Source: Camelus dromedarius
Lineage: Eukaryota
Length of the DNA: 64,000 nt
Assembly (NCBI RefSeq): GCF_036321535.1
Contig: NC_087437.1
Coordinates: 69,256,001-69,320,000 of the forward strand
Direction: 5' to 3'
Shown: piece after piece, positions 25,108-38,262 of the stretch
Position numbering within the stretch: the stretch's first letter is position 1
Layout: the number at the start of each line of letters is the position of its first letter
Position numbers and translations under genes: made by a program
The notes under the pieces: model-generated
The model's input: only the letters and a program-made list of their open reading frames with translations
Told to the model about the DNA's origin: nothing
Databases searched by the model: none

Positions 25108-25228
25108 CTCATTTTTATTAAGATATAATTGATGTATAACATTGTATTAGTTTTAGGTGGATAATATTTTAATTTGATATATGTATTTATTGCAAAATGA
25201 TTACCACAGTCAGTTTAGATAACATCCA
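25108..25228 (-). mobile_element. L1 extreme 3' end fragment
   Basis: tttttattaagatataattgatgtataacattgtattagttttaggtg...tgcaaaatgattaccacagtcagtttagataacatcc. Confidence 0.85.
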
Positions 25229-28200
25229 GTGTCAAGAGAACAGTGGGAAAAATGAAGCAGAGAACAGGATAGAGAGAAGCCAGTGAGAGTAAGGATAAAT
25301 GACATTTAAACTTTGTCTCAGTATTTGATTCTTGACCCACTCTGACCGTGATTTCTGAGCAACACAACCAGCTAGATGCCATAGCATCCTCAGAGAACCT
25401 AGTGCTTCTGGTTTGTGCCAACTGCCATGTACACTGACGTGACTGTACAAAGGGAAAAATGCAGAGAAGTTTAGCTGGCAGTGCAGATGAATGCCTTGCT
25501 AATACTATTCATTGCTGCCATTGTTTCCAAGGGCTGTGGCATTGAAAATACAATAGCAATTTTCTTGTACGTTTTACCTGAAAGTCCGGCATCTGACATT
25601 ATTTGGGAGGTGTAGAGGTTGGGGGTTACAAACATAAAATATTGTTTTACTGGCACATGCAAATGTTGGGAAAGTCTCCCAAATTTAGAGGAGAAAAAAA
25701 ATGCAACATAAATTGTAGAAAAAAAAAAAACCCAAACCATTGTTTGGTTTTTCATTTTCCCTGGGGAGCAGCTGCTGATTTCACTCTAATTTTAGCTGCT
25801 ATTGCTTTGAGCTAAACTTTCCATTTTTATTAAAAAAAAAAAAAAGCAAACTTTGAGTCTAGAGGATTACAAGCTCCTGTGCTTTTGATTTTTTAATAAA
25901 AAGCAAGCATTTACACTCTGAACAGTAGCAGCAAGAGAGAGAATTAAACCTGAGGCTAGTGAGTTGACCTTTAGAGGGGTGCTGACCCAGAGGGAGATGA
26001 GGAATTTAACACACATCGTTTTTCTTTCTCATGCACACACTCTCCAATAATATTCTTCTTTTTATATTTGTTTAAATGGGAAAAGTCATTTGATTTAAAA
26101 ATAATCTTTGTTCCTTAATGTTTGTGCTTCATAAATTGGCTAGGTGCATGCAAATCCTTCCCAGTGCCTTGCTGGCGGTATGGTTGGATTTCTGTGTATA
26201 ATATGAATGGTGATGGTGCTGATTTAACAGATAAAATAGGAAGAGAAATCACATGTCCAGCTCCATACACGACTCTACTGAATGAGGAATCCGTGGTGAT
26301 GCCTGACATGGTGAAACTAATCACTCCAACACGGCTGACAAAATACTACTTGAAACTGGGAATAGGTATGCCCAAATTGCAGGGAAATCTCAATCTTTAA
26401 TCTGTTCACTTTTTTATAGAGGAAAAGGAGCATAGTAAATTTAGTCTAATTTGCATATGACTTTTCTGTAAAACATGTATATTCTGGTGGCATTAAATGA
26501 ATATCACAGTTTAAAGAAAAATGGGCCATCATCCATGAATTCAGTTTACAAATTACTGTTTGCATTATCCCCTAATCCTCCCCTACTACCAAATCTGTAG
26601 GACACAATTTTGTCTCAGCAAAGGAACTTGCCTATAACCAGCTTAGGACATAAAATGTTGAGTGTGAAACTGAGACTTTCACTCCTTTCAGCTTTCCCCA
26701 TCCTCCATTCCTCCTGCCTCTCGTGGAAAGAGTGTCAGCCTGATAGAATAAAGGCTGGGAGTTCACGTTTCTATTAGAAATCATTCACAGCTTTAATTCT
26801 CTCTGTCAAATGGATCACTACTCTTGCAGCATTTAATTATCTTTATTATCTCAAAATGCTCCACTTTCAGAGAAAATATTTAAAGAAGACTTTGTTAGAG
26901 TATCTGAATAGAATATATTGCATTGAGTTTTGTTTTCATGAAGTTTGCCTTCACATGGGTATTGGTACTAATTCTATGTGTACATTGAATGCTAACTGCA
27001 TTATGTTTAATTACTTTTGTTATTTAACTTTTCTTATAATTTTGAGTTAGTTCAAATTATAACTGTGGGATAATAGAAATCTCTCTTGCAGCTAATTAGA
27101 CAACCAAAGATCGCTTATAAAGGTCAGGTTGGCAGTTGACTTGGGAGAAGCAGAAGGCTGACTGGGTAAAGGACGGCAGTGAGGAGAGAGAATCTGTGTA
27201 GACTTAGAGGATGTGAGACTGGAAGAGCTTCAGGAATGGAGGTGCCCAGTCCCTTTCTTCTCCTGGTGTGGAGACGAGGTTCTACATCTGTCTGTGACTT
27301 GTTAAGAATTCTTTAGATGAATAATTTAGTTTCTCAATGTCTGGTTCATACAATCTGTCATCAAAACCCCAACTTTAAATTAGTGTCATGTAGGTCATCC
27401 AGGGGACTCCAAGTATCTGATGCAACTTTACAGCCATCAGAGGTAAGAGGGTATGTTTTATCACTGAGTTCACAGAAGACATTTGCATTCACAGGTTAAA
27501 TGAAGAGACTTCTGGTTTCTTAAAATAAATGGGTTTTTGATCCAACTGTGCACTTACAAATTTCCTTTCCTGCCACTAACCAAAGACAGTAATTATGGAT
27601 TCTACCTGTTGCCTTCATTTTCTCCTTTAACATCATGTAGACTAGGCTGGGCTCTTTCTGTCACTAGAACAATATCCTTGAAAATCACCTAGATACCCCT
27701 CCAGCCAAACTGAATGACCTCTTCTCTGCTTACATCCTCTTTTATTTCATTTTGGCATTAACTCTTACGCGTATCGCCTCGTGTTTGAAGCACACACTTA
27801 TTTTTCTTGCCTTTCCATACTGCTTGATCCTATTTTCTCCCAACTTTCTTTTCATACATTCACTTAACAACCATTTATGATCACTTGTCATTTTCCAGGG
27901 ATTTCACTAGGCATGGAAGTTACATTAATGAATGATAAATGATTTCTAAAACAACCTGTAAAGCATTACAAGGACAAACTCTTGTAAAAAATGTAGAATT
28001 GTGTGATCCATTGTGAAATCCCAGTTACAAGTATGTGATTCCAAATGACCAGTAGTTCCAATCCTGCTGCTTCACTAGGAGACCTATGGTGACTCCATGG
28101 TACTTGAGTTATCACATGTCAGCTCTTTAACCTGTGGTCAAGGCCCTGCATCAGGTGTCCTTTTTTCACCTGCTGGTCCTTATTTGTCATTCGGTCTCTC

Positions 28201-28439
28201 CATACAAACCATAGTAGCTCTCATCTCTGTGACTTTGTTGAAATTTCTCCCTCCATCTCAAATGTTACACTTAAATTTCTCCAACTGTTCATTCAAGCAG
28301 TACTTTGTTTTAATTCCTCTCTCTCTGAACACTTGGATTCTTATTGAACACACTACACTGACTTTTTCCCCTCTGAATACCATTTGTTTCTGAACATGCA
28401 TTCAGAATTTCAAAATTTAACTATTTGTAATATACCAGG

Positions 28440-28720
28440 GACAGTGCATCAAGGACATAAATTTTGGAGTCAGTGTTTTATCATTTCCCAATTGAGCAAT
28501 GGCTTCATGCTTCTATTTTCTCCTCAATAAAATGGAGGTAATAATAGTACCAACTTCCTAGAGTTATGCAGAGGATAAAATGAGGAGATAGGTAAGTAGA
28601 CAAATGATAGACTGATAGAAAAATAGGTAGATAGATACATGGAGAGATATCACTTCATCACTTTGAACAGTTCTTAAAACATAGTAAACACTCAGCAAAA
28701 TGTTAGATGCTACTTTTATT
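28440..28720 (+). mobile_element. MIR SINE with internal GATA-like low-complexity expansion (about 28585-28640)
   Basis: tttggagtcag...ttttctcctcaataaaatggaggtaataatagtaccaacttcctagagttatgcagaggataaaatgag...catagtaaacactcag. Confidence 0.85.
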
Positions 28721-29899
28721 TTATATTTACAATTGAAATTAACTATCCTTTGGATATACATCTCATTTCTTTAAGCATAAATTCTTGAAAGTCAGAGATA
28801 CTCTATTTTCCTTCTGTAGCCAGCAAGAGAACTGTCTGTGGTGCTTGTCCTTTAACAGATACTATATTGACTGACTGAGGTATTTTAACAGCTTTTTTTT
28901 TTTTCATTTGACTCTGTCTCTGCCCCCAACATAGATAGATAGATTTGCCTCCTCAACTTTTAAAAATATATGCCACATGCTGTGGGTCTTAGTTTAAGAG
29001 GCTATCTAGAACTAGTACAGGACCAGGCAGCTTTGGAAAAAGACAATGTGCATGAGACTGGGCCCCTATTATATCTAGGGACCTTTTGGATTCCTTAAGA
29101 GGGCTTCAGGAAGGAGTAGGCATCTGGGTGAATCTTGGGGGCTTGGTAAATAGCGCTTGAGGGATAGAGATTAGGATATGGTTAAGATCAAGCCAGTTGG
29201 AGAGGCTGGAATGAGCAGTCTGGAGGCCAGGAAGCATGGAGATCTGTTTAAGGAAATTACAAATCATTCAGTTTAGCTGGTGTAGCACCATATTAGAGAG
29301 AAAATTAGGAAATTGGAATACTCGAAGGCCACTCTGTTTAAGGATCAATTATATTTTTATCTGATTTATATTCTTAAATGTCATCATTTAGTAGATTAAA
29401 CAACAAAAACAAACTAGACATTTATATTGCTTTCCATTTTTGGTGATTTGTGAGACTTCTGTTTTTAAGCGAAAATGATTCATTCTTAGGTCTTATAGAT
29501 GGCATGTTTGAATAAGATGAGTTCAGCTTTATATAAATGTTGACAGTTCTGAAAACAGCAATACTAATGGTCACCTAAGCTTTTGATACAGCAACCCCAG
29601 AGGGCTTCGAGAAACAGGAGGCAGAGTTCTGAGTACAAAATGGCCCCTGGAACTACCAGTCAAACCCATAACTGTTTTCTGGCACAGCCAGTTTCCATAG
29701 ACACCATTGTGAATTTTGTTTTTCTTTTATTCTAGTGAACTCATTTCACATTTCACAGAGTGGGAGGTGCTAGGCAGGGATTCTTGGCTTAGATCCCAGG
29801 GTACTTTCTTTTAAACTTTATTTTAGTATTTGACCTGTTGCAGTGTAATTTATCTGTGTATGTGTCTGTCTTCCCCAGCAGCCTAGGGGTCTATCAGGA

Positions 29900-30125
29900 G
29901 TTTCTTGCCGTGTTTAGGGCATTGTGTTAAGGGCTTTATATGGATAATGTATTGGCCTTCATAACAATTCTATGAGGTGGATACTATTATTAATCGCACT
30001 TTACAAATAAGGAACTGAGGTATAGAGAAGGTAAGGAAATTATCCAGGTAGTATAATTAGAAGATGTTAGAGGTAGGATTTGAACTCAATCTAATTCCAG
30101 AGCCTGGCTCTGAAATATCACACCT
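29900..30125 (-). mobile_element. MIR SINE inserted in an L2 tail (L2 pieces at about 29820-29900 and 30140-30170)
   Basis: cataacaattctatgaggtggatactattattaatcgcactttacaaataaggaactgaggtatagagaaggtaag...ggatttgaactc. Confidence 0.9.
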
Positions 30126-30189
30126 TACAAAAATGAGTCTCTGTTGATTGAATGTATGAATAAATGGAACAAATACTACTATGCACATT

Positions 30190-30400
30190 TTGGTAGAAAG
30201 AACATTGGGTAGGGAATGAGAAAACCTGCTCTCTAGTCCCAGGTCTGCTTGGAACCAGCTAGGTGACCTTGGGCAATTATCTTAACTTCTTTGAACCTCA
30301 TTTCTTTACTGGGTTATTGTGAGAATTAAGTTACATGACATGTGTGAAAGTGCTCAGCACAAGGCCTGCTACTTTCTAAGTTTTTCTAAATTCTAGTTTC
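30190..30400 (+). mobile_element. MIR SINE
   Basis: ccagctaggtgaccttgggcaattatcttaacttctttgaacctcattt...gggttattgtgagaattaag...gtgaaagtgctcagcac. Confidence 0.9.
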
Positions 30401-31487
30401 CCTTTCTTTCTTACCCTTCTTTGCCCTGAGAGGCCTGTGAACCAACCTTGACATTTCTAAGGCACATGACATCCGGGCTCAATCTGTGCCCAGCCCCCAT
30501 GGGCCCGAAGGTGCTTGCCCTCACTTGAAGGAGGGCAAACACCAGCGGCACCAGATGATTACGGAGAAGGCAGAACTGGGTGAGGTTATTACAGCTGCCA
30601 CTTCTGTGACCGATCATGGCGAGGGGCCATCACATCGGTGCAGGGCCCCATGTGGCCAGGCCAGATGCACCCGCCTCAAGTCACATAGATCTCTAATGTG
30701 AATTGCACGTGTAGTCATCCAGGCCGCAGGCTAAAATATCGCCACAGACAGCCAAGTTTCGTCAGCAGAAGGGCACATTTTGTTTCCTGTGACTCCAGCA
30801 GAGCACTGCTAAGTGCTGTAAAGCTGCAGTGATTCGCTGAAGGACAAGTCAGAAAGTCATGGAGTGGTATGTTGTATCCATGGCCAGGCCGCTATGGGTT
30901 AAGCAAACTGGTAGATTAAGGAGTACACCTGAGATGTTAGGAAAAAATACTCACAAAGTTATTTTTAGCTGTGGGGTCTTCTCTAGAATATGTTTTTCTT
31001 TCAAAGAGCTCAGAGGCTGAATTTTTGTTACTGAGTTCTTAATAACTGACTAAGGTTCACACTGCAAAATAAGGTGGAAAATCATATTTTAGATAAAGTT
31101 GTGCTGGGGAGAAATGGCATGAGTGACATGCATGTATTCTGTGAGTCAGCTGTGTGCCTGCAGAGCAAAAGGTATACGCACACGTGCTTGCAGAGACACC
31201 TGTTAGGTGTTTGTTTTTTTTTAAGATCATTGGAATAATAACCTTATTATTCTCTTATTGTGATATTATTGTGACTTCCTTCATCCTTTCAGTTGACTGC
31301 AGGTTCCTGAGGGGAATCCTCTGATGTGTGTATGTGTGAGGCTCGGGACCTCTACTCCTTCTTTTGGTGAATATGGACAGCTGCTAGGCCCTGTGTGCTC
31401 TGGTGTACCCAAGAAATGCTTGTGAGAACTGTGGGTAGGTTAAAAGGTACAGAAAATGGGAGAAAAACATGGAAAAGAGAAAACAGA

Positions 31488-31735
31488 AGGGATAAACTGG
31501 GAGCTTGAGATTTGCAGATACTAAGTACTACATGAAAAATAGATAAACAACAAGTTTCTTCTGTAATATCACAGGGAACTATATTCAATATCTTGTAGTA
31601 ACCTATAATGAAAAATAATATGAAAATGAATATATATGTATATGTATGTCTGAAGCATTATGCTGTACACCAGAAATTGACACATTGTAAACTGACTATA
31701 CAGTAAATAATAAAAATAAATAAATAAACAAACTA
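31488..31735 (+). mobile_element. Cetartiodactyl-type L1 3'UTR fragment with A-rich tail
   Basis: gggataaactgggagcttgagatttgcagatac...cacagggaactatattcaatatcttgtagtaacctataatg...tgctgtacaccagaaattgacacattgtaaactgactatac...aataaaaataaataaa. Confidence 0.9.
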
Positions 31736-32519
31736 ATTAGTTTTTAAAACTGCAAGGAAGCAGGAGAGAGAGGAGATTCTATCTCAGAGTAGAAAAGAGG
31801 GAAAGAGAAGGGGGTGAGCGTGGTCCAGGAGAGGCAAGTGCCAACAGTCATGTTTGGTGTTACATGGGTACTGACTCTGTCCAGGTTCCTAGACTGGATG
31901 TTAGGATGTTAATACTCCCATGTTCTGTCATATCCTCTAGAGAGACCAAAGAGAAGTCCAGAGACCATGAGAGTTACTGAGCCAATATTTCAAAGGAGCA
32001 CTTTTTGTCTGACCTACTCCCTCGACTGCCATCTGTACCCAGTCCCCATATAAAGACATCTTTCATGATCTGGCACAATGGCTTTTTTTTCTCCCGATTT
32101 TTATTTTTCTTGGAGGATGGTGAAGAGAGAGGAAAGGGAAAGTACAGGGGGATTTATAGTGATGAAGCAAAAGGATTTTAGCTGCACAGTTCTAGACCAC
32201 ATTTTACTGTCTTATTAATGAGAACACCAAATGGAAGTGAATCAATACCATTACTAATTGATAGATTGCATTTATCACTTTCCCTTTTCTACGTGGCTTG
32301 CCACTCAAAGATGAAAATTAAATGACTTGGGGTTTTTTCTCCTCATATAGACCTTAGTTGTTGCCCAGGGTGTTATTTCTTCTAGATTATTAATATATAT
32401 TGTTTTAGTTTCTTCCTTAGTTAAATTAAAAGGTATTTATTGAGCAAGTGCTACTAATGCTATCACTACTACTACTGTTACTGCTAGTAACATTCTCCTC
32501 CACTACTACAACCACTCGT

Positions 32520-32740
32520 TACCACTGATCAAAACCCCATATTGCTATGGTTTACCTGCTTGGCATGCCATCTTATTTATATTTTACAACGAACCTTTAA
32601 CATATGTATGCAAGCACCTAAGGCTTATAGAAATATTTTAATTTTCTCAAGGTCATGTAATTAGTAATGACAGGGCTGGAATTCAAAGAGGTGAATTCTG
32701 AAATGTGTCTGATTCTAAACCATTGTATAGATCACTATGC
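32520..32740 (-). mobile_element. MIR SINE
   Basis: taaggcttatag...tcaaggtcatgtaattagtaatgacagggctggaattcaaa...gtctgattctaaa. Confidence 0.65.
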
Positions 32741-32881
32741 AAGAAATAGGATTAGGGCCAGACCAACAAATAAATAAATAAACAAAATTAAGCCTTGTCT
32801 CTTACTTTAAAATTTAGTGGATGAAAAAAAACAGGTATAGAAATAACTCTAATTCAGTGTAAATGGTATTGAATGTTCTGA

Positions 32882-33050
32882 ACAGTGATTCTCAAATGAT
32901 GCATCATTACTACTTGAAGAATTTATTGAAAATATAGATTCCAGATGGCAATCAAGCAAGGGTTGGGACCAAGGAATCTGTAATTTAAAAAGACAAAATG
33001 TAAAAATCTCCATTGATTCCAAAGCCTGGGCAACTTTGATAACGGCTATT
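32882..33050. mobile_element. MER5-type hAT fragment
   Basis: cagtgattctcaaa...tattgaaaatatagattcc...gggttgggaccaaggaatctgtaattt. Confidence 0.6.
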
Positions 33051-33469
33051 AATCCTTGATAGCCAAGGCAATATTACTGTGTCCTATGAGAAGGAGTAAA
33101 ATAGATCCAACCAGGGGAAATGGAGATTGTGGGAACCTGTTTGAGGCTGTTTAGTTGGCTTTATAATTTCCAGGGCCCTCTGGTCTTAGAAATCATACCA
33201 TGATTTTTGGAAAGATAGTTGTCAGTAGCTTTAGACTAGCACCTACTAATTCTGTAAATGACTAGCCTAACCCTTACTGGCTTGAATAGATCTTATCTTT
33301 TAAAGTGCACCTAAGCTGATGTACTTCAGTACCATAATTTGATGTTCTAACCTTATAGTTTACTTATTCCAGTAATCTAGTTAATCTGTGAAAATTTAAA
33401 AAAAACACAATTTATCATCATCACCATCATCATTATTTTAAGTTACAGCTATGAGCATTTTTTGCTTAG

Positions 33470-33590
33470 ACACTATTTGTATGTTCTTGGTCAAATCACT
33501 TCACCTCTCTGACCCCAAATTTCCCATCTATGTAATAAGGGTGTTGGTAAATAAACTAAGTAAACTCAAAGTTGTGAAAATCCATGAAAT
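33470..33590 (+). mobile_element. MIR3-like fragment
   Basis: tcttggtcaaatcacttcacctctctgaccccaaatttcccatctatgtaataagggtgttgg. Confidence 0.75.
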
Positions 33591-34759
33591 GAAGACCTTG
33601 GACTGTCGTCCATCGGTACTCAGTTATCTTGAGACATTCTTCTTTCTCACTGGGAAACTTCTTCATAATTCAGTAAATAGAATCACTACTCCAAAGGTCA
33701 GCTCTGGAATAACCAGGGATCTTGCTGGGCAGATTTGAGGCTTGTGTCTGAAAAGCTATATATACAGAAAGCCTAGAGGATTGAAATAGTCCAGAGCTTT
33801 CAGGATTGGACAGCTGATGAGTGGGTTAAGGTTGCCTATGCCTCACTCTGTCAGCTTGTCATTTTAATGAATATCAGAATCTCTTACATACCAAGTTGGG
33901 AAGGCAAGGACCTCATCTTGGCTGAGAATGAGCCCCTCCCAGAACCTGGCTTAATTCTGTGAGAGCAGTTTAAATAGCTAAAAGTTTCACTCCCACCTAC
34001 CACTGCAAGGACTTGAAATGTCGGAATTCTGTGACCTCTCTTGTCCTTGATTATAATATAGGCGAAAAACTGCCTTGAAAAGATAAAGATACTTTACATG
34101 ATTTACAGTCTGACCTTAAGATGCTCTTGATGGTATATCTGAAGGAAAAGCAGCAATGGCTGTTCCCAGACAGGTTGAGTTCTTTCCTTATCAGAAGGGT
34201 TAAAATAAATATTCTGCTCCTTCTGTTGCCTCCCAGCATTTCTCTGGCTGATAAAAGGGGAGATCTGTGTGTTGGACTGAGAGTTACGGGGAAGCAAAGC
34301 CAAAGAGATGGGACAAACTCTTCTCTCTGCCAGTACACATCAAGTTTGAGTTTGGAGAAAAAGAGAAGGATGGACTTGTCAATCAGAAAGGGAGTTGGCC
34401 AGGGAAAGGAGCGTCACCAGAGCGAGGGCAGCGATACCCGCCAAAGCAATATCTAAGGAAAACCTTGGCTGGTGGACTAAGTATTCTAGCAATAAGACTG
34501 GTTTTTTGTGTTGGCCAGGTTATTGTAACTGGATGCCATTAAGTGTTTGAATCTTTTAATCATCCTTCTTAGTCTGATTCTATGCCCCCTAACCCAACCT
34601 CTGATCGTAGTGTTCTTCAGCAATGAAGAGACGCTGGCCATGCTGACAGTCTGTGAGGGAGTTTTCTTTTACATTGTAAAGTAATAAATTGTTACTCTTT
34701 TTTAAGTGTCCATTTGACAAGTGAGCAAATCTAACGCTAAATACAGTGACTGGTTAAAA

Positions 34760-34970
34760 CTGCACTGTGTAGTGTAGTAAGTACCACTAGTCGCATATAG
34801 CTATTTAAATTTAAATTAATTAAAATTAAACTAAATTAAAAACTAAGCTCCTTAGTCATATAAATCAAATTTCAAGTGCTAAAAAGTCACATATGACTAG
34901 TGGCTACCATGCTGAATTGTGCATATTATCAAGCATTTCTATTATCACAGAAAGTTCTATTTGCAGCTCT
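34760..34970 (-). mobile_element. MER3 hAT-Charlie MITE
   Basis: ccactagtcgcatatagctatttaaatttaaattaattaaaattaaa...tttcaagtgct...gactagtggctacc...catttctattatcacagaaagttctatt is antisense MER3. Confidence 0.9.
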
Positions 34971-35389
34971 GGGTTAGAAAGGAATTTTCAACTCCTTTGC
35001 CAGATCATATGTGGTAATCTGCAGTAACACACTTAGGCCCAGCTGTGCCTCAGTTTGTCTATGAGATGGGAGAAAGATGCTGTCAAATTGGAATTATGTG
35101 GGAATTTAAATATTATTGCTAATTGATGCTTTATAAATAGAACAAAGAAGAGTGTATATTTAAATATTAATGTGAATCACATTCCTCATTTTGAATGTGT
35201 TCCGTAGGAATTCTATTTAACAATTTTAAACCTGTCCATCTTTCCAACAAATTCTCTGTAAAATGAGGCAAAGGGAAATACTGAAAGGTCATCTTTAATC
35301 TTGTCAAAAAATTACATTCTACTGTAAATACGTAAAATGTTGATATTAACTGTGAACTTCAGAATGAGCTAAGCTTTACCAGCAAAAGA

Positions 35390-35620
35390 ACCAATGATGA
35401 TATATTTGTATGCTGCCTTTCCAAATGCTCTCACATGCATTCTCTAATTGGCAGTTAAAATAACCCTGTGAAGTAGACAGGGGCAGGGTATATATTGTCA
35501 TCCCTATTTTACCTTCAAAGAAGTTAAGTTATTTGTTCAAGGTCATACGATTTGAGTGTCAGCGATAGAACTCAGGCTTTTGACTCCTAAGGTCATTTTT
35601 GATTCTGTATTACCACCTTT
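35390..35620 (-). mobile_element. MIR SINE
   Basis: aataaccctgtgaagtagacagggg...gaagttaagttatttgttcaaggtcatac...gaactcaggcttttgactcc. Confidence 0.8.
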
Positions 35621-35834
35621 TGAGTTATCAGGACAAGTGTTATATTTTAGGAAATGCAACAATAGAAAGAGAATAGAAATATTAAAGCTTTGGAGTCCTG
35701 AAGTACAGACTGAAGATGTTCCTCATTCTTCCAAAAACAAGACACCTCAGGTGTCCTTTGGAAGTCACAGGGAAAGAAAGTGCTGTTTCACCTTTCCTTC
35801 CTGCCTGCTTCCCTCTCGCAACTTAGCTTGCATC

Positions 35835-36215
35835 CCTTCATTCATTAGTCCGACGTGAATTGAGTACTTCTTGTGTGCCAGGCACTTGGCTAGGCTCTGA
35901 GGATGCGTGGGGGAAGGAGACATGCCTCTAATCTTGACAAGCCCACGTTCTGATGGGGAAAGAGATACACACTGATTACCATCCTGAAGCATAGATGCTG
36001 GGGTCGAGTTTATTACAAAATGTCCTGGCATTAAAAAGGAAGGGGTGATTAATTCTGTCTAGAGCAGGAAGGTCATGGGAAAATGCTCCATTCTCTGTAT
36101 GGGTGACATGTGAGCTGGACCTTAGAGGGAAAGTGAGAGCTAAGAGGTTACAATTTAAAAGGGGAAGCATTTCTAAGTAGAATAAACAGCATGAGCAAAG
36201 TTATGTTGATTTGAA
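35835..36215 (-). mobile_element. L2 3' region
   Basis: ttcattcattag...attgagtacttcttgtgtgccaggcact...ggtgacatgtgagctggacctt...gcatttctaagtagaataaacagcatgagcaaag. Confidence 0.85.
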
Positions 36216-36224
36216 ACAAATAAA

Positions 36225-36465
36225 AATAGCATTCTTAATTGTGCTTACTATGTTTCAGGCATTTTATAAATGTATTAAGCATCTCTTCATCCTCGTAACA
36301 ACACTACAAGATAGGTACTGTTATTATCTGTATTTTACAAATAAAGAAACTGAGGCTTAGAAAGGTGAAGTAATTTACTCTAGGTTAAATATTTAATAGC
36401 TAATACAATCAGGAACAAAATGTACACAGCCGGATTCCAGCAGTTGTGCCCTTAACCACATAGTG
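36225..36465 (-). mobile_element. MIR SINE
   Basis: atcctcgtaacaacactacaagataggtactgttattatctgtattttacaaataaagaaactgaggcttagaaaggtgaagtaattt...cttaaccac. Confidence 0.92.
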
Positions 36466-36489
36466 GTGATAATACTGTGGAGTCAGTTT

Positions 36490-36720
36490 TATAACCTGAT
36501 TTTTCTTCCCTTTTATGGTATATGATAAGCTGTTTCGCAAGTCATTAAAATTCTCTATAAATGCTATTTTAATAGTACGAGAACCCATCTTATTGATGTA
36601 TTATAATTTGTTTAACTAGTCCTTTATTGTCGGGCATTAAATTGCCTCCACTTTTTTACTGTTTTGAATAACAGTGCACAACTATTTTTGTGAATCAGAA
36701 TTTTCTTCACAGGCCCAACC
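36490..36720 (-). mobile_element. Old L1 (L1ME-like) fragment
   Basis: gatgtattataatttgtttaactagtcctttattgtcgggcattaaattgcctccacttttt. Confidence 0.6.
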
Positions 36721-38149
36721 TAAAGGAGAAAGCCCTGTGAGATTTATTTAGTACCATCACCAAGAGTGAGAGCGTTCCTTGAAGGTTAGAGCACACACTA
36801 AATATACTCTATTTGGGCTTATTCTCTTTGGGAATTATCCTCGGTGTATTATTGAACAACCCAAGTTGGCTCCTTCTGAAGAGTGGATATTTCCAGGCCT
36901 CTGCTGCCCAGTTAGTTTATTCTGAAGGGTTGTAAGTTACTTTTAATATTAACCTAAGCAAAACATAATTAAGATAGAAAATCAGCTGAAAATGTTATTA
37001 TAAACCGAAATAGAGGTGATCTTTGAATGATCTGCTCTTCTGAATTACTTATTACATTGCTCTGTCCATTTAAGTGAGTGCTGGCAGTTTTTGATTGCTT
37101 TGCCCTAAGTCAGACTTGGCAGAGAGAAATGTGAAGGTTTAGGTTAAGATGTGAGAATTTTTTTTTGCCCTAAATGAAGGCAATTAAAATGACTAAGCTT
37201 CACTTGACCCATAGTGACTATGCATCTCTTTTCTTGCTTGGCAATGGCATGCATCCATTTTAAGGGAGAAACCTAGAAATGCTGAGCGAAGAACACACTC
37301 TTCATTTCCGAAAGGTTCATTTCCTGCCCCTGCTTTAGACTGACAATGAGTTGTAGTTCAAAGGCTGCCCTGCAGGGAAGCTCATATACCCTATAATTTA
37401 AAGGGCCTCAGATGCCTCTTGGGAAACTTGGCAAAACATTCTATTTAGAGACATGCCTGCTGATACGACATATATTTTTATAGTTATACCTCTTTATTAT
37501 TGGGACATAAAACCTGTTTTCACTCAAAATGTGCCTGCTTTCAGAAAATAGAACAAGAGACATGCAGAAAACAATGATCCTATTATCGTGTATTATAAGT
37601 GTTGCTTTATAGCTCTCTTCTCCAACTCATCTATTTCCCTGCAGCTATGAAGTCTGGACAGTAAAAACTTCTGGACGTTTCTTCCACTACGCCCAGGGAT
37701 GACTCCCAGCTTACAGACCTAGTCATATCTGCTTTGAAAGACACTTCTGCAGCCCTTATGAACTTTTGACCAGTCAGGTCCTTTAGGTACAAGTACAACA
37801 GAATCATTCATTTAATTCGTCATTCCTTCATTCCCATTAAAAAAACTCTCTACACAGTCACCATTTCAGAAGCACTAGTTTTGTGCTACCAGTTGCCCAT
37901 AATGTACACGTGAATAAAAGATTCTGACCCTGCCCTCCCCAGCTCACTCAGCCAGTGATCATCTGTTAAGTAGATTTTTGCATATGGGACCATTCTCCAC
38001 TTCCTGATTTTAAATGTTCTAATCCTACTACACCCTCATGTATCCCTTCAACACCCCATTTCCTGTTGAAGTGGAGGCAGGAGGGTATGGTGTGCACCTT
38101 CTGTCTAAGGATAATCCCTTCCCTTCACCTCTCCCTACCCGCCTCCCCT

Positions 38150-38262
38150 TTGAGGTATATAAGGAGTGTGTCTGCATTCACATGCTGTTGTTTCCTCAGG
38201 GTCTAGCACAAATCCTGGTGTATAACAGTCTGTCTATAAATATTTGTTGAATAAATAAAGAA
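38150..38262 (+). mobile_element. L2 3' end
   Basis: tgtgtctgcattcacatgctgttgtttcctcagggtctagcaca...ataaatatttgttgaataaat. Confidence 0.75.

Noticed and set aside
34051..34542. Cluster of four overlapping ORFs on both strands
   Set aside because: No recognisable protein similarity or splice structure; expected in a locally GC-richer stretch
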